NCBI GenBank assembly: GCA_044892525.1
Contig: CM097885.1
Coordinates: 247,504,001 to 247,568,000 of the forward strand
Length of the DNA: 64,000 nucleotides
Origin: Schmidtea polychroa
Taxonomy: Eukaryota
Direction of reading: 5' to 3'
Numbering within the stretch: position 1 is the stretch's first letter; the number at the start of each line of letters is the position of its first letter. This document shows positions 48,490 through 60,889 of the stretch, piece by piece. The translations under genes and the position numbers were made by a program. Under the pieces are notes generated by a model. That model was not told the origin of the DNA. It ran no database searches and saw nothing but the letters and a program-made list of their open reading frames with translations.

Positions 48490-49092
48490 TTATGAACTTC
48501 GACTTCCTAATAAACCTGCTCCACCTAATAAAGATAATGCAAGAGGAATTAATGCAGCTATAAATCCTCCTTGTTGTTTATACATAATCTTTCTCATTTG
48601 TTTTTTGTTTTTGCTATTTACAAGTGATAGAAGCGATTTCTTGTGTTTTTCCAAAATATGTTTTCTTGCACTGCTTATATTTATCTTCCCATGTACAACT
48701 TTCATTATAATATCAAGTAAATCATCTATCACAAATGTAGGGAATGTTTGTAAAATTATCATTCTTGATTGTTTAGGAGCCTTCAACAAAGAATTAAAAT
48801 ATGGTAAGCTTCTTGGAATTTTGATTTTTCTAGATGCTATAAAATCTTTAGGTTTTTGTTTTGATAATTGAAACTCTTTTGGTTCAGTGTAACTGGTTTT
48901 CAGTGGAATTTTATTTGCAATTTTATTTGTAATTTTCCTCTTCTTACGCTTTGCAATCAAATTCTTCAATTTCTTTGAAGGTTTGATAATTACTTTTTGA
49001 AAAGACATTATTAATCTTTTCAAGTGATCAACTTTGTTTATATACTGTTGCACCGTTTTTGTTAAATATATCTGTTCGAACTCGTAATTCAT
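48490..49092 (-). CDS. basic Polinton structural protein ending QQGG-FIAALIPLALSLLGG (start may be ATG 49008)
   Basis: Lys-rich body with a C-terminal QxGG site and hydrophobic helix, as seen in Polinton core proteins. Confidence 0.7.
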   Translation of the reverse strand: MNYEFEQIYLTKTVQQYINKVDHLKRLIMSFQKVIIKPSKKLKNLIAKRKKRKITNKIANKIPLKTSYTEPKEFQLSKQKPKDFIASRKIKIPRSLPYFNSLLKAPKQSRMIILQTFPTFVIDDLLDIIMKVVHGKINISSARKHILEKHKKSLLSLVNSKNKKQMRKIMYKQQGGFIAALIPLALSLLGGAGLLGSRSS

Positions 49093-49651
49093 CCGAACAT
49101 TTTTGGGTAAAGTCTAGAAATAAATATCCATGGGGAATTTTAGTTGCATCTTGAAATGCTTCTAGTAGAAACTTCCTATTGTTTGGGTATGCTTGTCTTG
49201 CTAGAAAATCAATGACTGTTGCATCTCTAGGGTTTTTAAAAATTGTTAGATAATGTACATTTAAATTACGAGTTCTATGATTTCCTCCTTGATGGAAAAG
49301 ATTTTGGGTTATAAAAATAACTGTAACTCCAACATGTCTAGAAATCTTTGTAAACAAATTATTAAATTCCTTTTCTTTGTTGGCTTCTTGATATAAATCA
49401 TCAATGATGATGACATCTCTCTTTTGTAAACGTTTTGTCCAATCTTTATCAAACCCTTTTATAATTTTCATTTGTACTTTACAGAATTCTGAATGCGTCA
49501 AACCATTTTCAGTTTCTGAACCTCGATGCCAATATATTTTGTTGAATTTTTCAACAAACAAATTAGACTGAAGCAATTTACATACAAAAAGCGTTTTACC
49601 GCTTCCACTAGGACCGACAATTTGATAAACAGCTTCATTTTGTAATTCCAT
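49028..49651 (-). CDS. FtsK/A32-family genome-packaging ATPase
   Basis: Walker A GPSGSGKT, Walker B IIIDD, SRH..VTVIFITQNLF; TATATAAA on the minus strand at 49684-49677. Confidence 0.95.
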   Translation of the reverse strand: MELQNEAVYQIVGPSGSGKTLFVCKLLQSNLFVEKFNKIYWHRGSETENGLTHSEFCKVQMKIIKGFDKDWTKRLQKRDVIIIDDLYQEANKEKEFNNLFTKISRHVGVTVIFITQNLFHQGGNHRTRNLNVHYLTIFKNPRDATVIDFLARQAYPNNRKFLLEAFQDATKIPHGYLFLDFTQKCSDELRVRTDIFNKNGATVYKQS

Positions 49652-49703
49652 TTAAAAAGATGTACTACAAATATTGTTTATATAATGAGTCGAAAAACAT
49701 GTT

Positions 49704-51211
49704 GAAATAGTTAATATTTTTTAAATTGCGCGCGAAAAATAATTTTTAAAACAAAGATTCGACATCTCTGATTTTAATTACATATAAAACAAAAACATTG
49801 GTATTAATATCTCTATTTATATTGGCTCTATATATTAATCAAATGAGTTTATTTAAACAAATATTCATAGTTGACACAATAACAGTATACATTTGAACAA
49901 AGATTTGAAATCTCCATTCAAAACTACTATAGAAAGCTGAAAGTCGAATCAAAATATGTAAATTTTACGATGCACTGTCATAAATAGAATGGTTGAAAAT
50001 ATTTCAAGTCCGTCGGACATAGCCGAATTTTTGAGAATTATCGATTGGTTTTACTTTTTCTTAATTCCTGGGAGAACCAAGAAACTTTTCGAGGATTTTA
50101 TTTCGGAATCTCCTTAGTTGAATCAAGACGCAACTTTTTTGTTAAGGATGTCTCGACTAAATATACTTGGTTCCCAATGTTCCAAAAATTATTCCTTAAA
50201 AACGTGAAATTTATATCGAAAAGAAATCTTTTCGTTGATTTTCATATAAAATAATCTGTGTCGACAAATAACAAATCTTTTTCGTGAACAATGTCTGGGT
50301 GAAATCTTTAATGTAAGAAAAGCACATCTGACTAAATTTTGCACATTTTGCACATTTTGCACTTTCTGCACTTTGCACTTAAAAATCAATATATGCGCGA
50401 TAACTCATCGATCAAACGCGCAATAACTCATCAGTAGGGGGGTGGGGGTATATATGCGCGATAGCTCATCGATCAAACGCGCAATAACTCATCAGTAGGG
50501 GGGTGGGGGTATATATGCGCGATAGCTCATCGATCAAACGCGCAATAACTCATCAATCAAAATCCGTGATAATTCATAATACATTCGGACATAGCCGAAT
50601 TTTTGAGAATTATCGATTGATTTTACCTTTTCTTAATTCCTGGGAGAACCAAGAAACTTTTCGAGGATTTTATTTCGGAATCTTCTTAGTTGAATCAAGA
50701 CGCAACTTTTTTGTTAAGGATGTCTCGACTAAATATGTCTCGTTCTCAAGATAGCCCAAAAATATTGATTGATTACACTTTCTGAATTCCTAGGAGAACC
50801 AAGAAATTTTTCGAGATCTTTATTAAAGAATCTTCTTAGTTGAATCAAGACGCAACTTTTTTGTTAAGGATGTCTCGACTAAATATACTTGGTTCCCAAT
50901 GTTCCAAAAATTATTCCTTAAAAACGTGACATATATATTGAAAAGAAATCTTTTTGTTGATTTCATATAAATTAATCTGTGTCGACAAATAACAAATCTT
51001 TTTTCGTGGAAAATGTCTGGGTGAAATCTTTAATGTAAGAAAAGCACACCTGAATAAATTTTACACATTTTTGCACATTTTGCACTTTGCACTTAAAAAT
51101 CAATATATGCGCGATAACTCATCGATCAAACGCGCAATAACTTATCAGCAAGGGGGGGGTATATATGCGCGATAACTCATACTGATTCATGGGGCTCACA
51201 TCTACCTAACT
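49704..51211 (-). repeat. right TIR (1508 bp)
   Basis: Inverted copy of 34626-36141. Confidence 0.95.
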
Positions 51212-51312
51212 CATTATATTGATAGTTATCTTCTCTTTCCTACGGTGGAGAAGAGAGAATTTTCCAACTGTGGAGACACGAAACTAATTTGCATAAAGTT
51301 TTTATTGAAAAC

Positions 51313-51669
51313 GATCATTGAAATATTTGCTGCAGCAGTCAATGTTGCCATGAAACCATCGGTACTTAATCTGGCGATTGTACTGAGATTGTCGATGAAC
51401 TCGCATTTGGGCATGTAGACTCCAGTATTGTACGATGTGAAAGTATTGGAATCTTTTTCTGGAATAACTTTGATCATTAACTTCTATTGGCAATCGAAGA
51501 CGGATGGGTCAGTCCGGCTCTCGTAACGAACTTTATCATGAAAATTACTATAATTGTGAATTAGTATTCTAAGGAAAGTTTCTTTGGTTGAACAGAAGGT
51601 GTTGATGATCAAGCTCATCAACACAGAGATCTCTCAGCTAGAAGTTTCAGCTTCTCGAATGTTTGGCAT
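51313..51669 (-). pseudogene. hsp90: Hsp90 N-terminal ATPase-domain pseudogene fragment
   Basis: One frame from ATG 51669: [25 protein letters not shown]...DKVRYES.TDPS...IKVIPEK...NTGVYM.K.EFIDNLSTIAR...ANISMI, with two in-frame stops; similarity ends before GQFGVGFY. Confidence 0.9.
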
Positions 51670-52739
51670 TTTTTTAAATTTATTTTGATGAGAGTTAACG
51701 ATTGAAATGTCGAAAGATGCATGAATTGTTTATGATGTTTTTGAATAAAAATAATATTTAAACAATCAATTTAATTTAATTAATTTAATAATATATTTTA
51801 AGTTTAATTATTAAGTTGATATTTTTATTAATGTGGAAGTCAGATGAAATGACATATACAATAGCCTCCGCCGAAGTATGCGGAGCATATCGAAAGATAA
51901 AAGCAATGATAACAGTGGAGGCAGTCACTGAAGTTCATAATCTGAGAAGTATTGAGGGACTATAGTGCTTAATTAATATTTTTAAAAATCTTTTTGAAAT
52001 TTTGAAATTTTTTACTTTAAAAATTATTTTATTTAAATATAGTTTCTAATTTTACGTATCATTAAAAACACGGGCATTCATTAAAATAAATGAGCTCAAC
52101 GACAACTCTTTCAGTAGCTCTCGTTCTGTGGTAATTGAGATCAAGATAATATATTCGATCATATCTAAGAGTTAATCACAGTATCCTTTCGGAATTGAAC
52201 GGGGAAAATGCTCACAGTATCTCTCAATCTTTTGTGTTTTATTCAGTTACTATCGCTAAGTCAGTATCTTAAATGAGTATGTTTGGAAAATTGCTAACCT
52301 TTTGAGGACCGAAAAGAATTTTAGAGAAATAAATGAATTTTAAGAATTAAATTTTACATTTACGCAAGGTTGTTAAATAATAAAATTACAAAAAATACGT
52401 TACGGATTACGCATTTAGTGAAATAAATATTTAAATAATTTCGGTTTACTTACACAATCTAGACTTTTTGTTGGGAGGCATCCGTTAGAGGGTCATGAAA
52501 GGGTTAACTCTACCATTACAAATAGAGACCTGTAAATGGGTCCCGACAAAAAGGCCTTTGCCAAACCGGCCCCCGACAAAAGGACCCTTGGCAAAACGGC
52601 CGCCGACTGATACAAGGGCCCTTGCCAAAATGACCCATTTCAAAAGGTCCCCCGCCAATAAACCAAAACACACTGTTCCAGAGGTTTCACACCCCATCAA
52701 CAACTATACACTTATTCCTTCTGGAAAGCCCAAAATTCT

Positions 52740-52950
52740 ATTTTACACCGCACCGCCACATATTCTCTTCCTGACCAGCCTGATACATCTCTTCTTGCTA
52801 ACGCATTCCGTGAATACCTCGCTGACAAGATTGATCGAATTCGTGCCAAATTTACTAATCCGGCCTCTACTGGTCCATATAAAATTCTAACTACTCCCCA
52901 GCCAAAACCATTCCATAGTACCATATGCATGTGTAATAGCAAACGTATAG
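52740..52950 (+). pseudogene. L2/CR1-type LINE ORF2 fragment (region before RT)
   Basis: LPDQPDTSLLANAFREYLADKIDRIRAKF matches the LA..F..yF.dKI..IR motif. Confidence 0.5.
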
Positions 52951-53921
52951 AACCTAATTTAAACAGTCCAAATCGACGGCATTCTTTTGCCACTTACCAG
53001 TTAACGCTTAAAAGGTCACGGATGACGTCATCATAGCAACGTCACAATACAATATTGGTGTCCTTTTGAAGTCAATATACATACAATAAAAGTCACCCTA
53101 TGTCATAAATCCTAGACCCTCCTATAAGTATCTCACAAATTTCTCACACACCCCCCAGAAACTAAAACATTGTTTACATGTCTATAAATCATAAATGCAA
53201 GAAATTTGTATTNNNNNNNNNNNNNNNNNNNNNNNNNNNNNNNNNNNNNNNNNNNNNNNNNNNNNNNNNNNNNNNNNNNNNNNNNNNNNNNNNNNNNNNN
53301 NNNNNNNNNNNNNNNNNNNNNNNNNNNNNNNNNNNNNNNNNNNNNNNNNNNNNNNNNNNNNNNNNNNNNNNNTTGGTAGCAGCATTTATTATTTAAAGCA
53401 ATAAAGTGATAATTTAAGCCTTTTGCTGAGAAAATATTTTCGACTATAAGATAGTCCTTGTCAATTTCCTGGAATTTAGCCATCATCTTCACGAAAATAC
53501 ACTTCTATCTTTCTTTTATTTCCTTTTTCTTAATTCTCATTGGTTATAAGTATAATATATACTTTCTTTTTATGAATTTTTTTATTAAAAATTTTATTGA
53601 AAATTAAAATTAAAAATAAAATAAATACCATTTAAAATTTAAAATGACACAATCTAAAATTTTTTTAAATATTTTTAAAGATTCTATAATGAGCTTCTAG
53701 AAACCTAATCAAACTCCAATAACTATTTATATACAATATTTAAATATTTCAATAAATGTGTCAATTTTGATTTTTAAATCCTATCTTTTGAAAGTGTCTT
53801 TCCTAAAATTTTCTATATTATTTTAATTATAACTTTTTAATTTATTATATTTTTTATAAATTATCAGTTATTGTCAAGGTCAATGGCAACAGATCAAATT
53901 GATGATTTCATTGATTTCTAC

Positions 53922-54164
53922 TTAAGTGTTGATTTTTGGCCGTCTGTTTATGATGAGAATTACTTCTTTGAATCTGACATTTTTTTGGCTGTCTCCATTA
54001 GCTATGATTTTGATTGAAATATTTTTTCTTTCCTCTGTTGGTTGACATTGTTGGAGATGTATGTTTATCGAGGATGTTCCATCAGGATCTAGATGTTCTT
54101 TAACTCTTTGGTGCAAGATCCTGAATACAGAAGGAGAAACAGAGTCAGGATTGCTTACAGGCAT
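53922..54164 (-). pseudogene. Penelope GIY-YIG C-terminal fragment
   Basis: LHQRVKEH...SSINIHL..C...IKII...KEVILI...PKIN. Confidence 0.65.
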
Positions 54165-57100
54165 TTAATAATAGTACGAAATGCCTAATATTAAGTAGTT
54201 ATAAAGTTGAGTATTATCACCATTCACTAAGATCCAATTTAATTTTCTACCTACGCGGTCCTATTAACAGGGGCTTTTTTGACAGGGGCCGTTTTGCCAA
54301 GGGCCATTTTGTCCAGGGCCCTTTTAACGGGGTACCTTACTAATCATCTACTTACATTTTAATAGTAATGCACAAGTTGAAATAAATAAAATCATTTTAA
54401 TGCTTCTTTACAATTCGTTGGAAATTTATCGAATGAAATTTTATTATAGTTTCAATTAATATAATTCATTTGCTTTTATCATCGTATATTTTAAGAATAG
54501 ACGTTAATAGTAAGTTTATTTTAAAATAATTACTTTATAACTTATGATTTTTGATAAATGAATAAAAATATATATTAAACATTAATAATAAAAATGATAA
54601 TGATNNNNNNNNNNNNNNNNNNNNNNNNNNNNNNNNNNNNNNNNNNNNNNNNNNNNNNNNNNNNNNNNNNNNNNNNNNNNNNNNNNNNNNNNNNNNNNNN
54701 NNNNNNNNNNNNNNNNNNNNNNNNNNNNNNNNNNNNNNNNNNNNNNNNNNNNNNNNNNNNNNNNNNNNNNNNNNNNNNNNNNNNNNNNNNNNNNNNNNNN
54801 NNNNNNNNNNNNNNNNNNNATGAATATTACTATTTATGATAGGTAAAATTATTTCAAAATTTGTTTTCATGACTTTGTTTGATTTTATTTGTGTCTTATA
54901 TTTTTATTGTTTTAATTCAACAAATTTCTATAATAACTTTGTTTTCTTGAATGAATTTATTATCAGCAGAGGCATTATTAAATTGTGTTTTATGTGAATT
55001 ATTTGCTAAGACAATGGATTTGGTGAATATATATTTGATAAATATTCCACTGAATCCATTTCATAAACTAATGCGCATTCAATATAAAAAATCCTCATAA
55101 AAGAGAACTTTCTCTCCCCTTTAAATTAGAAAATGAAATTTTTGTTGTGGATTTCAATATCCCAAATAATTGAATATGTGACGGGAGAGTTTAGGAAATA
55201 GTTGATTTTATAATATTCGTTTGATATTAAATATTTTTTAAAAATATATATTTTTATTTAAAGATTTTGATATGTTTAACTCAGTGAAATATCTTTTTTC
55301 TTGGTTTTCAGTTTATTTGTGAAAACAGAACGTCATTCGGATATTTTGATAGGCGAGAAACATATTTATGAATTTATATTTTTAAATTTTATATGTGGAT
55401 AAAGAAAATTGAAAATTGTGAAATAATTGAATAGGTGAGTGTTTTCCACGGAATTCAGAAGCTTAGAAGAGAGGATAAATAAATGAACATGGAAGGGCTT
55501 TTCTAATCAGAATGAAATAAAATTTATAAAATTAATTAACTGATTAATTTTAGATGAAACCGTACCAANNNNNNNNNNNNNNNNNNNNNNNNNNNNNNNN
55601 NNNNNNNNNNNNNNNNNNNNNNNNNNNNNNNNNNNNNNNNNNNNNNNNNNNNNNNNNNNNNNNNNNNNNNNNNNNNNNNNNNNNNNNNNNNNNNNNNNNN
55701 NNNNNNNNNNNNNCTTTTAAATATATAAATAAAAAAATTTTCAATGTGTTCAGAAGGAGCAGGGTTTATTACAATTCAAAATTTAGACTTTTTGTATGTT
55801 GAAATTTAAATAATTCCTACAGAATCACAAAGATTAGGCATCAAATTTCACATCAAAGTAAAATTTATTAAATTATTTGGCAACAAATAAAATATTCTAT
55901 CAATTCTGTTGTTGTCATGTTGCCAAAAAGCACTCCAAAAGCTCTTACAATTATGTTTCTACTTGCTCACAGGTCCCATTAGGATATTTATCAGGTGCTT
56001 ACCTGTCATAGCTTTACAAGTTGATTGTTTTCCCATTAAACCATTGCGTGTTTATGAAAGAATTATTTATGTTTTAATATTGAGAATTAATATTTTCATA
56101 TCAATAGAAAACATGATTTATGATATCATAANNNNNNNNNNNNNNNNNNNNNNNNNNNNNNNNNNNNNNNNNNNNNNNNNNNNNNNNNNNNNNNNNNNNN
56201 NNNNNNNNNNNNNNNNNNNNNNNNNNNNNNNNNNNNNNNNNNNNNNNNNNNNNNNNNNNNNNNNNNNNNNNNNNNNNNNNNNNNNNNNNNNNNNNNNNNN
56301 NNNNNNNNNNNNNNNNNNNNNNNNNNNNNNNNNNNNNNNNNNNNNNNNNAGAAATAATATTTCTTACCAGTAATGAGTTTGCCATGTCTTAAAAGACTTC
56401 CATGATAATTAAATAGTACTATGAATCGTTTTGTGAATGTGAATAAATGTTTATAAAATTGAACCTATATGATAAATTCAATAATTTAATTATATTTTTG
56501 GTTCCATTTGATATGTATTTCGATGATTTTTCATTTATTTTCATTCTGAGGAAAGATCAAAAATTTAATTCTTCTCAATACAAATTTTTGACGTTGTTTT
56601 AATCAATAACATTTTATTGTTAAGTAGAATGAAATTTTTTATCTTTTTCAAAATGAAAATTAATGAAATATTATTAAAAAACCCAATCAAAAATGGCCAA
56701 AGAAATAAAGAATTTTATTGATAAAATGACTTTTCAATTTGTTGTTTGTTAATATCAAAATTCCGCCATGGATTGTCTAAAATTTAGACTCTATATAATA
56801 ACAGTATTAAAAATTAATTATTAATTGTTTAGAATCTACAAATTTAATCATAATCATCAAAACTAATATACGCAAATTTGAATAATTGGAGAATTCCTTA
56901 GGAAAATGAACAATTAATTATTACAAAGGCAGTCATGTTCGTATTTTATTTCAATCATGTTCAAAAGTTTGTTGAAATGAAAAAAGTCAGATAAAAATAT
57001 GAACATAATGTAAATTAACTAAGTCCCATTTACTAGTAAACTTAATGGGAATCTTGTTTATTTAGAGAATGATGCCTGTTGAGGAATATTAATTTTGATT

Positions 57101-59467
57101 TTTCTGTGAAACTTTCTTAAAAATAGTTTAAAGATTAAACATTAATTATTTGATGTCAAAGATTAAAATTATAAATTATAAAATGTTATAAATTTTGTTA
57201 AAAAAGATTTTGTTTTAAAATTGTAATTTAAGAGATTTTTAAACAGTTTATTTTGAATTAGTTAATTGTTTTATGTTTATTAATAAAGTTTTTGAAAGAT
57301 TTAACTTAATGAATTATGTTAATTATTTTAATTATGTTTAATCTAATAATCTGGATTTGTTGAGAACTGAATCATTTGGTGACTTTACAATGAAAATAAA
57401 TGAAAGAATTCTTGATTTTAACTCAAATAACAAATAGATAAAATTAATTCCAATAGTTCTATTTAAATAAGTAATAAAAAAATTTTAAATTTTAAATTTA
57501 TTCATTTTTAATTGAAATGATTACGAGAGCAAACTATTTGTTTAAAAATTTATTTTGTTTAAATTACTAATTGATTATTTTAGTTTATTTACTGGAAAAG
57601 TGAATTCGAAATAATTCAGAAAAATTGTGAAATGGATTTGAAATTATATTTTTATTACTATTAAATTCATCGAAAACAATTTTATTGGCATTTATTTACA
57701 AAAATTATTTTTATATGTTAAAAACCCATAAAATTTATCAGTTAGTTATTTAAAGTAGTTTTATTTCTTTCATATGAAGACAAAATTAATAACATATTTC
57801 TAAGCATATCTTTTGATTAAATAAATAATTAAAAAAATAAAAAAGAATATAATATATCACAATATGTAACCAGTAGTAATAAGTAAGCAATTCAAAAATA
57901 ATTTTTAGATATGTGGTCAGCTGGTAACTGATTGCCTTGAAAGAGTTAAAAATCATTAAAAATTCTCGATTGAAATTCTTCATATTCAATAATTTAAATG
58001 AATTAAATTAAATTAAATATCAATTAATTTAATATTAAATTATAATATAACTAAATAGACGTATGTATCTATTATCAGATTTACAAATAATTATTTATAA
58101 TATTCGTCACAAGCAGTTTTTCAAAATCAGAACAAACTTGTTTGAATTTGAATAAATAAATATTAATTATCTTATATAATTATTTAATAAATAAAAATAA
58201 TAATGAAAATAATATTCAAATTATTATTATTTTATTATTATGAAACTAATTTAAAAATATATAGGAATAAATGCCTGTTTTACGATTTTTCTATTTTATC
58301 AAGCCAGTGACGTACACTTGGTAAAACTAAATTAAATAATGACAAATGAATCTTAGCAAAAAAAACTTGTTAGCAAGAAATCTATTAATTAAACAATGAA
58401 CAAAATCAAAACAAAATAAAAGAATACAGAGCATGAATGAAAGACAAAATGATCAACGAGTATTGCGCAATAGCAAAAACAAGAAATGCAATTTCAGAAC
58501 ATATTTTATAGAACCTTTGAGAAAATCTGGAAAAATGATTGAAAGAAAATTATATTAATTATATTAAGTCAGATTAATGGATGTAATTTTCAATTTCACC
58601 GTATTTACTTCAAATATAATTAATTAAAGATCAAAAATATTATTATAAGAAATTTTGTTTATTTAATTTCAGAAAACCCATTAAAATTGTTTTTGAATTT
58701 TCTATTAGTTTTAAAATAATATTTAAAATAACGCAATAAAATATTTTCGAATTTCGCGTCCGAGAAAGCTCTATTCCAAATTTTACATCTCTACTAAGAA
58801 TAATAAATAAAATGATAAATTTCATAAACAAAAAAATATTTATCAATTAAATTAATAAATCGTTTCAATTATTTTAAAAGATTAAAAGAAAAAATCGATA
58901 ATTTCAATTATGTAATTAAATTTAGAAATAATTATGTTTGGATTTTTCTCAACTGAAAAAATATCAAAAAATTCTCCAAAAAAAAATTATATTTGATTGT
59001 TTGTTTGAAAGGAAAATAAAATTGCAAAATTGTGCAAATGACTGTTTTGTCAAAAGTAAATAAAAAGTGGCTGTTTAATTACTGAGCGATTAGAATATTT
59101 TATCCAACATGTCAAATATTTTCTACGAGACTCTTTGATATATTTATTCAATGCAGGCAAGCCAAACATGACAAGATGCTATTTAAATTAATTATAGAAT
59201 CACAGACATTTTATGCATTAAATTTACACTTTTTCATTAGTAATCTATAATACAATTTAGAAAAAGTTTATTACTGACAATCTTGCAATATCATCAAAGA
59301 TTGGAACAATTTTGTTTTATCAAATTTATAAAATAAAAAAAATAATAAATACTAATCATTTTTAAAAATGTCTACGGCTAATGGGTTTATCAATTTTGAA
59401 ATGAAGCGTTTGTTTTTAATAATATTTATAACTTTATAATTTTACCAAGAGGTAAAATTAAAAAATG

Positions 59468-59830
59468 AAATAACTGGTATTGACTGTCAGTTGTAAAGAT
59501 ATTTAATATATAGAATGTGTAATTGGAATTTTATAGTTAAATTTTATTCCAAATTTAAGATTCATAATTCGTTAGTAGTCAATATTGAAAAAAATTTAAA
59601 TATAATTATTAATTGAAAAAATAAATTGGATAAAATTAAAAAAAATTAAATAAAATTAGGTAAAATTAAAAATTTAAATAACTGGTATTGACTGTCAGTT
59701 GTAAAGATATTTAATATATAGAATGTGCAATTGAAGTTCTATAATTAAATTTTTTACAACTTTAAAATTCATAATTCGTCAGTAGTCAATATTGAAACAA
59801 TTATAATATAATTATTAATTGGGAAAATAA
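59468..59830. repeat. ~208-bp-period diverged tandem duplication
   Basis: AAATAACTGGTATTGACTGTCAGTTGTAAAG... starts at 59468 and 59676. Confidence 0.85.
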
Positions 59831-60339
59831 ATTCGATATCATCCAACACAGCTGTGATTAAAATTTAAAAATCAATTTCATGAATCACCTAGAGGACTTT
59901 ATGATACCCCATCCCACATCTTACTACTCACTAAATGACAGTAGCTATTAAATATTTCAATTGATAAAGAAGATTAAATTAATCTTAGCGAGATTTTAAA
60001 TTATGTGCAGTTATTAATTATTTTGTTTTATTATTTTATTAAAATTCATATTATTTTCATTCATTAATTATTTTTTTATTAAACTTTATTTTTACTATTA
60101 TTAATCATATATTATTATTTATTATAATTTTTATTATTTTACATGTTTTATATATTTTTTAATAAACCTAGCACTTAAGTAATGGATAGTCAGTTATTAT
60201 TCCACAATTCTTATGTAAAACTATGAATATAACAATAAATGATGACAACAAAAACAAATATATGGGTATGCAGTAATTAAATTGATATCACAATCAAATG
60301 TCAATGATTTGGTGGATAGTTTGATGACCAGTTTGAAAG

Positions 60340-60760
60340 TAATTCTGTCTATTTATCCGTATTCGCTATCATAAAAGTAACATATGCCACAATTTCCTTC
60401 TTTCCAATCCAAACTTTTTTATCATCGGTATTTGTAAGGGTGACTTTAATTGTTAGAGAACTATAAAACTTGTAGTTTTTAATATATATTCTAAATTGGA
60501 ATAATTTAGGTATTTAAACAAATTTAAACTGATTTTTTATGTTTGTATCTTCCAATATTGACTCTTTCGATTTTTTTCGTATTACTTCATAAACTATAAT
60601 ATTTTGGTCATAGAAATATCAACGCTTTGTAATTATTATCTTTATTCTCGTCTCTAAATTTTCCAATGACGGAATCTAATTTATTATTGTATAATAGATA
60701 AGTCGGATCATAATTTGAAATACACAAAAAAGACTGTCATTAATCATTTATGGTAATAGA
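60340..60760 (-). pseudogene. decayed C-terminus of a second Polinton PolB
   Basis: SNYDPTYLLYNNKLDSVIGKFRDENK...IFL*PKL* and TLTNTDDKKVWIGK..AY align with SNYNSSHPLYNRRLDSVIGKFKDESK...IFLRPKLY and ALSNKDDKRVWVGR..AY of the 41373 ORF. Confidence 0.85.
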
Positions 60761-60889
60761 AAACTTTAACTTGCATTAAATTTATTGATCAATAAATAAA
60801 ATTCTAAAATACTATAAAATAATAATAAGGGGAATCCTGAGATGTTACACAATTTTCAAATAGAATTTGCTAAAAATCAATAATTTATA

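Larger units (their letters stand above)
34626..51211. mobile_element. Polinton/Maverick (adintovirus-like endogenous dsDNA virus), 16586 bp
   Basis: 5'-AG termini, 6-bp TSD CATTAT (34620-34625 and 51212-51217), ~1.5-kb TIRs, and PolB, INT, ATPase, protease, MCP and penton genes. Confidence 0.97.
52538..54336. mobile_element. Mutator-like element ends made of ~20-bp GC-rich tandem units, enclosing retroelement debris
   Basis: Units such as GGCCCTTGGCAAAAC at 52538-52655 recur inverted at 54255-54336; no clear TSD. Confidence 0.5.

Noticed and set aside
40326-48871. Antisense ORFs overlapping polB, MCP, penton and integrase
   Set aside because: Shadow ORFs; the Ser/Leu-rich ones simply mirror the EEAGSSRR repeat.
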